Assembly (NCBI GenBank): GCA_013359235.1
Contig: JABWCE010000004.1
Coordinates: 18,931 to 82,930 of the forward strand
DNA: 64,000 nt
From: Bacteroidota bacterium
Lineage (GTDB): Bacteria > Bacteroidota > Bacteroidia > NS11-12g > UBA9320
Direction of reading: 5' to 3'
Part shown: piece after piece, positions 19,708 to 29,830 of the stretch
Numbering within the stretch: the stretch's first letter is position 1
How the letters are laid out: every line of letters begins with the position of its first letter
Notes under the pieces: generated by a model
Databases searched by the model: none
Told to the model about the DNA's origin: nothing
The model's input: only the letters and a program-made list of their open reading frames with translations
Program-made: the position numbers and the translations under genes

Positions 19708-20718
19708 ATGAAAAAAAGTAATATCTTAGTAACCGGAGGACTTGGTTTTATTGGAAGTCATACAGTGGTTGAACTTATCGAAGACGGATATATTCCGGTT
19801 ATAGTTGATAATTTGAATAACTCAGAATTAAGTGTTTTAACAGGAATTGAAAAAATTACAAAAATTAAACCCATTTTTTACAACCTCAATATTTTAAACA
19901 CCAACATACTTGAAGAAATTATTATACAACACCAGATAGATTGTGTAATACATTTTGCTGCACACAAAGCAGTAGGCGAATCAGTTGAAAATCCTTTGGA
20001 GTACTATTATAACAATGTATCAGGACTAATTTCACTTCTAAAAGCTATGGAAAAATGCAATGTAAAAAAAATTATTTTTTCGTCAAGTTGTACTGTTTAT
20101 GGGCAAGCTAGCCAACTTCCGGTAACCGAAAACAATCCGATTTTAAAAGCTGAATCGCCTTATGGTAATACAAAAAAAATATGTGAAGAAATATTGACAG
20201 ATGTTGCAAAAACAGGTAAACTAAAAGTCGTTTCGTTAAGATATTTTAATCCCGCAGGAGCTCATAAAAGTGCATTTATAGGCGAATTGCCCAAGGGAAT
20301 ACCAAACAACTTAATTCCTTTCATTACTCAAACAGCAGCAGGCATAAGACATTCGCTTACAATATTTGGAGATGACTACAACACACTCGATGGCACCTGT
20401 ATCAGAGATTACATACATGTTACCGACCTGGCAAAAGCACATGTAAAATCAATAAATTTTATAAATTCTAATGAATCAGAAATTGAAGTTTTCAATATCG
20501 GCACAGGCAAAGGTTCTACTGTACTTGAAATAGTAAAAGCTTTCGAAAAAGAAAATTCAATTAAATTAAATTATAAAATTGGAAACCGCCGTAGTGGAGA
20601 TATTGAAAAAATTTGGGCAGATTGCAAAAAAGCAAATACTTTATTGAATTGGAAAGCACAACTTACAATTGAAAATATTGTAAAAGATGCTTGGAAATGG
20701 CAAAATCAATTAATCTGA
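19708..20718 (+). CDS. galE: UDP-glucose 4-epimerase
   Basis: NAD-binding motif GGLGFIGSH, catalytic motifs S..YG.TK, and a length of 336 aa. Confidence 0.9.
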   Translation: MKKSNILVTGGLGFIGSHTVVELIEDGYIPVIVDNLNNSELSVLTGIEKITKIKPIFYNLNILNTNILEEIIIQHQIDCVIHFAAHKAVGESVENPLEYYYNNVSGLISLLKAMEKCNVKKIIFSSSCTVYGQASQLPVTENNPILKAESPYGNTKKICEEILTDVAKTGKLKVVSLRYFNPAGAHKSAFIGELPKGIPNNLIPFITQTAAGIRHSLTIFGDDYNTLDGTCIRDYIHVTDLAKAHVKSINFINSNESEIEVFNIGTGKGSTVLEIVKAFEKENSIKLNYKIGNRRSGDIEKIWADCKKANTLLNWKAQLTIENIVKDAWKWQNQLI

Positions 20719-20758
20719 ATTTTTATTATTTTTGAAATAAAAAATATATCCTAATAAC

Positions 20759-21187
20759 ATGAGAAGCAACTTACATAGAGATAGCTCAAACAAAGTAATA
20801 GCAGGTGTTTGTGCAGGGCTTGGCAACTATTTTATGCTTGACCCGGTTTTTTTCAGGCTATTTTTTCTTATAATTATGTTTTTTGGTGGAGGAGGTATTC
20901 TTTTATATGTGCTTCTTTGGGTTCTGCTGCCAATTGATGAAAATTATAGAAAAAATGAATATTTTCAGGAAAATACAAATTCAACATCTTCGCAGCAAAA
21001 TGATACCGATAGAACAAATATACCAATTGCACTGCTTTTGCTTTCGGCAGGTATTATGTTGCTTGTAAACAATATAATTCCGGGTTTCAACTTAAAAAAA
21101 CTTTGGCCAATAATATTAATTGTTATTGGAATAGGAATTATTTTAAGTTTTAATAAAAATTCAGAAAAAAAACAGGAAAATGAATAA
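20759..21187 (+). CDS. PspC-domain membrane protein
   Basis: KVIAGVCAGLGNYFMLDPVFFRLFF... matches the PspC domain, with a further TM segment. Confidence 0.7.
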   Translation: MRSNLHRDSSNKVIAGVCAGLGNYFMLDPVFFRLFFLIIMFFGGGGILLYVLLWVLLPIDENYRKNEYFQENTNSTSSQQNDTDRTNIPIALLLLSAGIMLLVNNIIPGFNLKKLWPIILIVIGIGIILSFNKNSEKKQENE

Positions 21188-21455
21188 TTCAAATTACACA
21201 TTTGGAATGATATTAATGCTTGCCGGAGCTTTGTTGCTTTTGAACAATTTTGATTTGCTTCATATTAATTTGCACGAAGTATTAAAATTCTGGCCACTGC
21301 TATTAGTTTACACAGGGCTTGCTTTGCTTGTAAAAAACCAGAAAGGTTGGGCACTTGCACTTGCTATGCTCATTATTACTGCTATTGCCGTTGGTCTTTA
21401 TATTTTCTTTAATAAATACGAAGACAACATTCCATTTTTGAATAATATTACTTGA
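21180..21455 (+). CDS. small integral membrane protein (LiaF-N/DUF-like), overlapping the PspC gene by 8 nt
   Basis: Three predicted TM helices in 91 aa. Its start overlaps the upstream stop. Confidence 0.45.
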   Translation: MNNSNYTFGMILMLAGALLLLNNFDLLHINLHEVLKFWPLLLVYTGLALLVKNQKGWALALAMLIITAIAVGLYIFFNKYEDNIPFLNNIT

Positions 21456-21848
21456 AAATATTATATTATTTTTAAACCTTAAAGCATTTAATAAAAACCA
21501 CAAAACTTTAGTAACAAAAACGTTTGAAATATGTAAACAAATAAATGTAAAAATATATTCCGAAACTTGAAAAAATTAAAATAAAAACGGTATATTTTTA
21601 TATTTGTTTTTAATTAGCCAATTAGTATTTTATATGGTTTATGTGTTGTGTGAAATGTAAAGTACAACATAACAATGACAGACAAGATATATAGAATACA
21701 TAACAAGTAGAGGATTTGAAGTGCTGACCGACAAAAACTATATGGAAAATTTCTATTGACTTTTCACCAGCCAAGTCTTGATTATGGGTCTTGAAATGGA
21801 AGAGAACTCGGCTGGGTAAAAATTTCAGTTAAGTAAAAGTAGGATGTT

Positions 21849-22568
21849 CTATGTGCGGGGCTTGTTGATTAAATAAAAGAAGCCCATATTGAAGGGGGAG
21901 TATTGGCTATATACATCTAAACTCAAACCTGAATACTTAACCAAGTCATAGGAATCAGGATTGGTTTTGATGTTCCTCTTGTAAGTTATATTATAATAAT
22001 TGAGAAATGCCCAATTGCCCATCAGCATCACACGAGGAGCAATATTGTAAGCAAATCCTGCATGAACGCCCACATTCATATTCTTGTTTTCGTTTTTCAC
22101 GATAGTGGTAACGCTGGTATTTCCATTAGTTACCACCTCTTTATTTTCTTCTTTGTTTGATTCTAATTCCAGTCCCAGGCCAACAAAAGTGTGGAAATTT
22201 TTACTAAAACTAAAATATTTACGGGCATTGGCTCCAAATGACGGTCCTTTGCCCTTGATTGTTTGTTCTGTTTTGGTCTGTCCAAGTGTACTACTACTGG
22301 TTACTTTATTAGTATTAATACCTACCATCAGACCAATCGAAAAATTGTTTATCAGAAAATAATTTACTTCCGGCATGATGTCAAAATTTATTCTTTTAAC
22401 GGGGTCGTCTTTTACGATAACATTGCCGGCTTTGCTTTCCGACTCGGTTTTGCCGCTGTAAACACCAAATCCAAGACCACAATAAATGTTGCCTTTCTTG
22501 AGAAAATCCTGTGCAAATCCAGCACTTGACAGGAGCATTAAAGCGAAAATGAAGAGTTTCTTTTGCAT
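21849..22568 (-). CDS. outer-membrane beta-barrel (porin-like / OmpA-N-like) protein
   Basis: Signal peptide MQKKLFIFALMLLSSAGFAQ, alternating amphipathic beta-strands and a C-terminal aromatic residue. Confidence 0.6.
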   Translation of the reverse strand: MQKKLFIFALMLLSSAGFAQDFLKKGNIYCGLGFGVYSGKTESESKAGNVIVKDDPVKRINFDIMPEVNYFLINNFSIGLMVGINTNKVTSSSTLGQTKTEQTIKGKGPSFGANARKYFSFSKNFHTFVGLGLELESNKEENKEVVTNGNTSVTTIVKNENKNMNVGVHAGFAYNIAPRVMLMGNWAFLNYYNITYKRNIKTNPDSYDLVKYSGLSLDVYSQYSPFNMGFFYLINKPRT

Positions 22569-22651
22569 GATTTGTTTATTTTAGTGTAGCAATTTTAAAT
22601 ATTGTAGAATTCTTATAAAATTTTTTTTATCCACACCTGCCAATTATATCA

Positions 22652-22680
22652 GCTATCACTTGCCTCTTGCAAGTGATAGC
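22652..22680. repeat. Perfect inverted repeat GCTATCACTTGC-ctctt-GCAAGTGATAGC (12-bp arms)
   Basis: Read directly from the sequence. It lies in the divergent intergenic region between the OMP gene (-) and the esterase gene (+). Confidence 0.7.
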
Positions 22681-22882
22681 GGCGGGAAATAATTTTATAA
22701 AAGGACAACTATAAATGTCCAAGTAATGCTGAAATTTTGTATTTTTGAAATAAAAAATGAAGTTTTTAGATGTGAAAATCTCGAGCATTTCGGGACACTT
22801 TCATTTGTGCAAATGCAAAAAAACACTAAATAGAAAAATATTTTGACATATTAAAACAGTCTTAAATTATACAGCCAGACAA

Positions 22883-23986
22883 ATGAAAAATATAATTAAA
22901 AAAACCTTTTTTCTTATCTTGATAGCCGTTATTTCTAATAAATCTGTTTTTTCTCAATTATCGGGAAAAGCAAAAATGTTATACGATTCGGCTTATGCTC
23001 AAGATCCCATATTAGTGAAAACAGCTTTGACTAATGGTGCTAAAATATTTTCAACTTCTGATAACAATTCATTCTATCTTCAGTGGATACCGGATGGTAC
23101 AACACCTGATGCAACACCGCTTATTGTGTCATTACATGGTTCGGGTTGCAATGCATTTATGGAGTTTAAAAGTTGGTATCTACAAGCAAAAATACACAAG
23201 TGCGGAATAATTGCTATTCAGTGGTATCGGTATATCCCAAATCCACCACTTGATTATTTTACGGATGATACGCTATACAGCTATATTGACTCGGCTTTAG
23301 CCAATATTAACTATCCTTCTAACAAAGCTCTTTTACATGGTTTTAGCCGTGGTTCAGCTCGCACTTATGCGATGATATTTAATGATATTCAAAGCGGTAA
23401 TAATTATTTTTGCACAACAATTTCTAATGCTGGCGATGCAGATTTAAATTATCCATTGTATGATTCAATAAATAATGGAAATTATGGGGCAACTGTTTTT
23501 ATGAATAAGCATTGGAATTTGTTTTGTGGTGGAAAAGATACCACAACTTATTGTTATGAAATGAAAAATACAGAAAAATGGCTGCAAAGCCAAGGAGCAA
23601 TAGTTGACATTTTTATACAAGATGCTGCTTTAGACCACAATGGATTTCAACTGCCATCAAGTTATAAGTATAAAGACAGCATTTTAAATAATTATCTTCA
23701 ATGTTATAATGGAACTTTAAATGTTTTTGAAACAGATAATAAAAAAATTGTTTCTGTTTTTCCAAATCCATTTTCATTCTCAACAACTTTAAAGACAACT
23801 TTGCTTTTTAAAAATGCTTCTTTAACAGTTTACAACTCTTTGGGGCAGGCAGTAAAGCAAATGGACAAACTCACCGGACGGACAATCATTTTGCACCGAG
23901 ACAACTTATCAACGGGATTATATTTCGTTACTCTCACACAAGAAAATCAAGTTATCGCTACAAATAAAATAATTATTACAGACTGA
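22883..23986 (+). CDS. secreted alpha/beta-hydrolase (PHB-depolymerase-like esterase) with a T9SS type-A C-terminal sorting domain
   Basis: Signal peptide, the esterase motif HGSGCNA...GFSRGS, and a T9SS C-terminal domain (VFPNPFSFSTTLK...GLYFVTLTQENQVIATNKIIITD). Confidence 0.7.
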   Translation: MKNIIKKTFFLILIAVISNKSVFSQLSGKAKMLYDSAYAQDPILVKTALTNGAKIFSTSDNNSFYLQWIPDGTTPDATPLIVSLHGSGCNAFMEFKSWYLQAKIHKCGIIAIQWYRYIPNPPLDYFTDDTLYSYIDSALANINYPSNKALLHGFSRGSARTYAMIFNDIQSGNNYFCTTISNAGDADLNYPLYDSINNGNYGATVFMNKHWNLFCGGKDTTTYCYEMKNTEKWLQSQGAIVDIFIQDAALDHNGFQLPSSYKYKDSILNNYLQCYNGTLNVFETDNKKIVSVFPNPFSFSTTLKTTLLFKNASLTVYNSLGQAVKQMDKLTGRTIILHRDNLSTGLYFVTLTQENQVIATNKIIITD

Positions 23987-24285
23987 CATAGACAACCGAG
24001 AAGCACAGGCATTAACCCGTGTTTTGTATTTAGTGGGTTTATGTGCAAATTTGAAGTTTTATACTAAAAAACCGCCACTACGCCAAGTAGAGAAACATCA
24101 ACCTTACATATACACGAGATTTAATTTAAAAAACTCAAATACAATGTTGATTATTTATGCAGCCTTTAGCCCTTTAATTACAAGCATTAGAGTATATTAA
24201 CCTATTGAACCTTAAAAGGTCAAAATAGTGAACAAATTGTTGTGATACCCGAAAGTTTAGATGATAATTGGTGAAGATTTTCAGA

Positions 24286-26334
24286 TTATTTTTTTATCCC
24301 TTCCAAATCAAGCAAAAATGCGTATTCCATGGCTACTTCTTTTAATCTTTCAAAACGTCCTGAAGCTCCGCCATGTCCTGTATCAAGATTTATGAAAAAC
24401 AAAATTTTATTTTTACCGAGATTATTTTCTCTTAATCGGGTTACCCATTTTGCCGGCTCCCAGTATTGAACCTGACTGTCGTGTAAGCCAGTAGTTACTA
24501 GTATCGAAGGGTATTTTGCAGGTTTAATATTATCGTATGGGCTATAAGATTTTATATATTTATAATACTTTGGGATGTTTGGGTTGCCCCATTCATCGTA
24601 TTCTCCTGTAGTAAGTGGAATACTGTCATCCAACATTGTTGTTAGCACATCAACAAAAGGCACTTGGGCAATCATTCCGTTCCACAAGTGAGGTTGCATA
24701 TTTAAAATAGCACCCATTAACAGCCCACCTGCACTTCCGCCCATTGCATACAAATGCTTTGGCGTTGTGTATTTAATTTCAATTAATTTTTTTGCCGAAG
24801 CTATAAAATCATTAAAAGTATTTTTTTTCTTAAAGAGTTTTCCGTTTTCGTACCACTTTCTGCCTAACTCTTGTCCTCCTCTGATATGAGCTATAGCAAC
24901 GATAAATCCTCTGTTTAGCAAACTTAATCTTACCGAGCTAAAATATACATCCAAGCTTGCACCATACGAACCATAGCCATACAATAGCAATGGATTTCCG
25001 TCTGGTTTTTTCAATGATTTTTTATAAACCAACGAAATAGGTATCTGCGTTTTATCTTTTGCAGTAGCAAAAATTCTTTCGGTTTGGTATTCGTCAGCGT
25101 TGTATCCACCAATTATTTCCTGTTGTTTGAGTATTTTTTTCTCTTTTGTTATTAAATTGTACTCTATTGTACTGTTTGGTGTGGTAAGTGATGTGTAACC
25201 ATATCTAAGTACAGTACTGTCAAATTCAGGATTTACCGATACTCCGGCACTATATACAGGTTCGCCAAAATCAAGATAATGTTCTTTTTTATCTTTATTG
25301 TTTATAATTCTTAATTGTGTCAATCCGTTGGTTCTTTCATCAATTACTATAAAATCTTTAAACAACTCAATACCTTCAATCATCGTTTCAGGGCGATTTG
25401 GTATTACTTCCATCCAGTATTTGCGGTTTGTTTGATTTTCGGGAGTTACCATTAGTCTGAAATTTTTTGCTTTGTAATTTGTAATGATATAAAATCTATC
25501 ATTAAAATGGGCAATACTGTACTCGTGTTTTTTTTGCCTTTTGAAAAATATTTTGAATTTCCCATTTGGCTTATCGGCATTTAATATTCTAAACTCTGAC
25601 GCTAAAGTGCTATCGCTGCCTATTATTAAATATTTCTTCGATTTGCTTTTATAAATGTAAGTATTAAAAGTATTATCTTTTTCTTCGTAAATTAATTTAA
25701 TACTGTTTTTACCAAGTTGTTTTCTGAAAATTTTGTGTGAACGTAGAGTTACATTGTCTTTTACGCTGTAAAATACATGTTTGCTATCGTTTGCCCAGCA
25801 ACATGTGCCATTTGTGTTTTCAATTTTATCAGGCAGTATTTCGCCTGTTTCAAGATTTTTGAAATGAATTGTATATATTCTTCGGCTGAGTGTATCGGTT
25901 GAGTAAGCCAAAATATTGTTGTCTTCGCTTATTGTAAGCCCTGTTACATCAATAAACTGATACCCTTTGGCTAAATCATTAACGTCAAGTATAATTATTT
26001 CTTCATTTTCAAGAGTATCTTTTTTGCGACAGTAAATGGGGTATTCTTTTTCATTTTCGTAGCGTGTGTAATACCAATACCCATTGTATTTGTAAGGAAC
26101 TGATTCATCAGTTTTTTTTATTCTTCCTTTAATTTCTTCAAAAAGTTGGTTTTGAAAATTTTCATTATGTGCAAATTCCGATTTGAAATATTCATTTTCT
26201 TGTTTAAGGTATTTTAATACTTCCGGATTTTCTCTTTCGTTAAGCCAATAATATTCATCAATTCGTATATCTCCGTGTTTTTCAAGAGTTTTGGGTTTTT
26301 TAGCCGGCTTTGGTGGAATCATGTTGCTTTGCAT
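24286..26334 (-). CDS. ptrB: S9A peptidase, oligopeptidase B (protease II)
   Basis: N-terminal beta-propeller followed by a catalytic domain with GGSAGG, and the conserved IRIDEYYWL N-terminus. Confidence 0.85.
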   Translation of the reverse strand: MQSNMIPPKPAKKPKTLEKHGDIRIDEYYWLNERENPEVLKYLKQENEYFKSEFAHNENFQNQLFEEIKGRIKKTDESVPYKYNGYWYYTRYENEKEYPIYCRKKDTLENEEIIILDVNDLAKGYQFIDVTGLTISEDNNILAYSTDTLSRRIYTIHFKNLETGEILPDKIENTNGTCCWANDSKHVFYSVKDNVTLRSHKIFRKQLGKNSIKLIYEEKDNTFNTYIYKSKSKKYLIIGSDSTLASEFRILNADKPNGKFKIFFKRQKKHEYSIAHFNDRFYIITNYKAKNFRLMVTPENQTNRKYWMEVIPNRPETMIEGIELFKDFIVIDERTNGLTQLRIINNKDKKEHYLDFGEPVYSAGVSVNPEFDSTVLRYGYTSLTTPNSTIEYNLITKEKKILKQQEIIGGYNADEYQTERIFATAKDKTQIPISLVYKKSLKKPDGNPLLLYGYGSYGASLDVYFSSVRLSLLNRGFIVAIAHIRGGQELGRKWYENGKLFKKKNTFNDFIASAKKLIEIKYTTPKHLYAMGGSAGGLLMGAILNMQPHLWNGMIAQVPFVDVLTTMLDDSIPLTTGEYDEWGNPNIPKYYKYIKSYSPYDNIKPAKYPSILVTTGLHDSQVQYWEPAKWVTRLRENNLGKNKILFFINLDTGHGGASGRFERLKEVAMEYAFLLDLEGIKK

Positions 26335-26438
26335 TATTTATATATACTAGATAGTCAAAAATTTTTCAAAAATACTCTTTAAATGTAAATGGCATAAAAT
26401 TTAAAAAATACAGATTAATATTGTTTGATTTTTTTTTA

Positions 26439-27146
26439 ATGGGAAACGGAAAATTATATCTTATACCAAATTTTGTTTACAAGGGTAATAAAAACGACAT
26501 TTCAATCAATCAACTCAGTATTATTTATTCAATAACCGAGTTTATCGTAGAAAGCGAAAAAGTAACACGTATGTTTTTAAAATCAATTGAACATCCGGTT
26601 AAACAAGACAATTTTATGTTTCATTTATACAACGAGCACAACTTAAATATTGTAGATTTTAATGAGATTTTTAAAAATGTAAAATTGGGGGAAAATATTG
26701 GTTTGATAAGTGATGCCGGTATTCCATGTGTGGCTGACCCAGGTAGCAAAGTGGTAGAGTATGCACATAAAAACAATATTAAAATTGTACCGATGGGTGG
26801 TAGTTCAAGTATTTTTTTAGCTCTTATGGCAAGTGGGATGAATGGTCAACAATTTACTTTTAACGGATATTTGCCCTTAGATACAAGTAAAAGATTAAAA
26901 AAATTAAAATCAATGGAAAAAGAAGTTGAATCAAGCGGTACCACTCAAATATTTATGGAAACACCATACCGAAATAACCAATTGCTTGAAATGCTTGTAA
27001 AAACTCTGAATAGCGAAACTGTATTATTTATTGCAGCAGGAATACATTCCCCAAATCAGATATTTGAAAGAAAGAAAATTAAATTTTGGAAAAATTTTAA
27101 AATTGACCTAAATAAAATTCCTACAATTTTCATCATTGGAAATTAA
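26439..27146 (+). CDS. tetrapyrrole-methylase-family SAM-dependent methyltransferase (RsmI-like). Start placed at the ATG giving MGNGKLYLIP.
   Basis: GKLYLIPNFV...GLISDAGIPCVADPGSKVV resembles the RsmI/YraL fold. Confidence 0.55.
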   Translation: MGNGKLYLIPNFVYKGNKNDISINQLSIIYSITEFIVESEKVTRMFLKSIEHPVKQDNFMFHLYNEHNLNIVDFNEIFKNVKLGENIGLISDAGIPCVADPGSKVVEYAHKNNIKIVPMGGSSSIFLALMASGMNGQQFTFNGYLPLDTSKRLKKLKSMEKEVESSGTTQIFMETPYRNNQLLEMLVKTLNSETVLFIAAGIHSPNQIFERKKIKFWKNFKIDLNKIPTIFIIGN

Positions 27147-27200
27147 TATTTTTTTTTTAAGTTTGTTGTGCTTAATTTTTTTTTTTGACATTTTTTTACT

Positions 27201-29219
27201 TTGAAAACATATTTTCAGATATTTTTTATTTTATACAGTCTTAGTCTGAAAAGCCAGATTCCTGATAGTATTTTATACAATTGGAACAATAATGAACCTA
27301 TAGAAAAATCATTACCAACAAAAATTATAAATGCAATAAATTATGGATTTGATAATGCCGGAAAAGCTGATAACAGCAGTTTACTTCAAAAAATAATTTA
27401 TACAGCAAAAAGTGATAGCCAAACAGTAATAGTTTTTGATGAAGGTACTTTTAAATTTACAAAAACCATTTTTTTACAATCAAATATTACTATTGAGGGT
27501 AAAGGTGCTGGCAAAACTATATTGTTGTTTGATAATACAGGCAAAGGACATTTGTTTGATATAAGCAGCAAGCAACAAAACAAATTTTATGTAGCAAACA
27601 GTAATATTTATAAATCAACAAGCAATTTTGATTTAGATTCAATACCATTAGAAAACAAATCATATTGCGAATTGCTTATTAATAGTAAGGGTTTGGCAAC
27701 TTCAGAATGGGCAATGCAATCAATCGGGCAAATAGTTAAAATAAATTCAATTATAAACAACTCAGCATTAATTTACGGAGATTTTAAACACGATTTTTTA
27801 ATATCAGATAATCTAAGATATAGAAAAATTACCCCAATAACTAATGTAAATTTTAAGTTTTTCAGCATACATAGAATTGATAAAACAAGCGACCAAACCA
27901 ATAATTTTAATTTTAATTATGCTGTAAATTGCTCAATAAAAGGCGTAGAAAGCATTAATTGTAATATGTCGCATATTTCGTTTTCAAAAAGTTACAATTG
28001 CAAGGTTAGCGATAGCTATATACATCATGCTTTTGAATATGGAGGTGGCGGCAAGGCTTATGGAGTTGAACTCAGCAATACAACTTCATCGTGTTTGATA
28101 GAAAACAATATTTTTGAAAATCTTCGCCACAGCATTTTATTACAAAGCGGTGCAAATGGAAATGTTTTAACAGGTAATTACTCTACCAAACCTTATTGGA
28201 ACGAAGGGCTATTGCCCCAAAACTCTGCCGGAGAAATTGTTTTGCATGGCAATTATCCTTTTGCAAACCTAATAGAACAAAACCAGATTGGAAATATAGT
28301 TGTAGATAATTCGCATGGTATAAACGGACCAGATAATATGTTTTTGCGAAACAAAGTAACGCTTTGGGGTGTGTATATGAATAACGGAAGTGGTAATAAT
28401 ACACATTTTATCGGTAATGAAATAACAGGTATTCTATGCAGTTTTGCTGGTAATAACAATTTTATTTTGTCTAATTTTAGTACCAATAGCGATACAATCA
28501 CAAATAAAAATTTCAAATTGCCTTCAAGCCTTTATTTTGCTGAAAAACCCTGTTGGTGGCCCAAAAAAATATTATTCCCGACAATTGGAAATGCCAATAC
28601 TTTTAATATAGGAAATATTCCATCTTCATATCGTTATAATTTTGATTCACTAAGGGCATTAAATTCATCAGAAAACACATTTCTAATAAATTTTACTTCA
28701 AAAAATAAAATAGATAAAAACACAGTAAAGTTCACATTTGAAAGCAATTTGCAAGTGAATGTTAAAACAGTAAATCTCGAAATTGTTTCATCAAATTTTC
28801 AATTATGGAAAATATTAGATGAAAATTTATCAAATGAATTTCTTTTTCAGAAATACAGCTTTACAGATAGTTTAAAAGTGCAAAATACAACATGTTTCAG
28901 ATGGAAAATAGTTGCAAATAACAACACTGAAATAAATAGCGATACATTTTGTATTTTATTGAATACGGCAAAAAATTTTGATATTTCGAAAGATGAATTT
29001 AATGTATTTCCCAATCCATTTTGCGAAAAAATACTGATAAACACAAGCGAAACAACACAGGTAACAATTTTTGACAACACAGGAAAAATAATACTTTACA
29101 AGCAAGTTTTTGCTGGTGAACCAAATGAAATATCAACTTTAAGCTTAAAAAAAGGAATATATCTTTTAAAAATCGGAAATGATGATAAATCCTATAGTCG
29201 TTTAATTTTTAAAGAATAA
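27201..29219 (+). CDS. secreted right-handed parallel beta-helix (pectin-lyase-fold) protein with a T9SS type-A C-terminal sorting domain; TTG start
   Basis: Signal peptide, repeated NxxGxN beta-helix turns, and a T9SS C-terminal domain (FNVFPNPFCEKILIN...GIYLLKIGNDDKSYSRLIFKE). Confidence 0.65.
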   Translation: MKTYFQIFFILYSLSLKSQIPDSILYNWNNNEPIEKSLPTKIINAINYGFDNAGKADNSSLLQKIIYTAKSDSQTVIVFDEGTFKFTKTIFLQSNITIEGKGAGKTILLFDNTGKGHLFDISSKQQNKFYVANSNIYKSTSNFDLDSIPLENKSYCELLINSKGLATSEWAMQSIGQIVKINSIINNSALIYGDFKHDFLISDNLRYRKITPITNVNFKFFSIHRIDKTSDQTNNFNFNYAVNCSIKGVESINCNMSHISFSKSYNCKVSDSYIHHAFEYGGGGKAYGVELSNTTSSCLIENNIFENLRHSILLQSGANGNVLTGNYSTKPYWNEGLLPQNSAGEIVLHGNYPFANLIEQNQIGNIVVDNSHGINGPDNMFLRNKVTLWGVYMNNGSGNNTHFIGNEITGILCSFAGNNNFILSNFSTNSDTITNKNFKLPSSLYFAEKPCWWPKKILFPTIGNANTFNIGNIPSSYRYNFDSLRALNSSENTFLINFTSKNKIDKNTVKFTFESNLQVNVKTVNLEIVSSNFQLWKILDENLSNEFLFQKYSFTDSLKVQNTTCFRWKIVANNNTEINSDTFCILLNTAKNFDISKDEFNVFPNPFCEKILINTSETTQVTIFDNTGKIILYKQVFAGEPNEISTLSLKKGIYLLKIGNDDKSYSRLIFKE

Positions 29220-29300
29220 AAATTTAAAATAAATGGCAGCATTTATTCTTAAAGTAAAATCACATAATAACATCATATCTTTGCCCAAATTTTTTAAAAA

Positions 29301-29762
29301 ATGATAGAAAAATATATTGAAACAATAGAATCGGCAATAGAATCTTTGGGCGTTAAAGCCTCAGAAATAAGAGGTGAAGAAAATGGGCAATGGCAAATTT
29401 TCAGAGGTCCAATTTGCCTTTTTATTGATGTTTGGACTCCCGTACACAACACAGATTGGAACTACACAGTAGAACAATCAAACAATACTACATTTCAGGT
29501 AATTGCACCAATTACAAAATTGCCCGAAAACGAAAAATTATTTTCGTTTTACGAAGAGTTGCTTCACATGAATATGCATATTTACAAAGCGAGTTTAATT
29601 ATAAATATCAATGACAGAGTACTTGCTGTAAAATTCAAGCAATTAGTTGATGGTCTTACAGAAAAAGAAGTTATTGATGCACTTGAATGTGTAGGCTATT
29701 ATGCCGAAATGCTCACTGAATATTTTGTAAAAAAATACAATGTGAAAAAAATTTCAGAATAA
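29301..29762 (+). CDS. YbjN-like (putative sensory transduction regulator / T3SS-chaperone-like fold) protein
   Basis: Size of 153 aa and weak motif resemblance. The identification is uncertain. Confidence 0.4.
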   Translation: MIEKYIETIESAIESLGVKASEIRGEENGQWQIFRGPICLFIDVWTPVHNTDWNYTVEQSNNTTFQVIAPITKLPENEKLFSFYEELLHMNMHIYKASLIININDRVLAVKFKQLVDGLTEKEVIDALECVGYYAEMLTEYFVKKYNVKKISE

Positions 29763-29830
29763 TTTTAAAAACCCAGACAACCTCACCATAACAAAAAACA
29801 TCATAGTTGGGTGACATAATAAAAAATAAT

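Noticed and set aside
21456-21848. Known structured RNA (tmRNA, RNase P RNA, SRP RNA, 6S) in the long convergent gap
   Set aside because: None of the hallmark conserved motifs of these RNAs (for example the tmRNA tag-reading frame and CCA end, or RNase P P4 elements) could be found by eye. It is kept only as an unassigned candidate.
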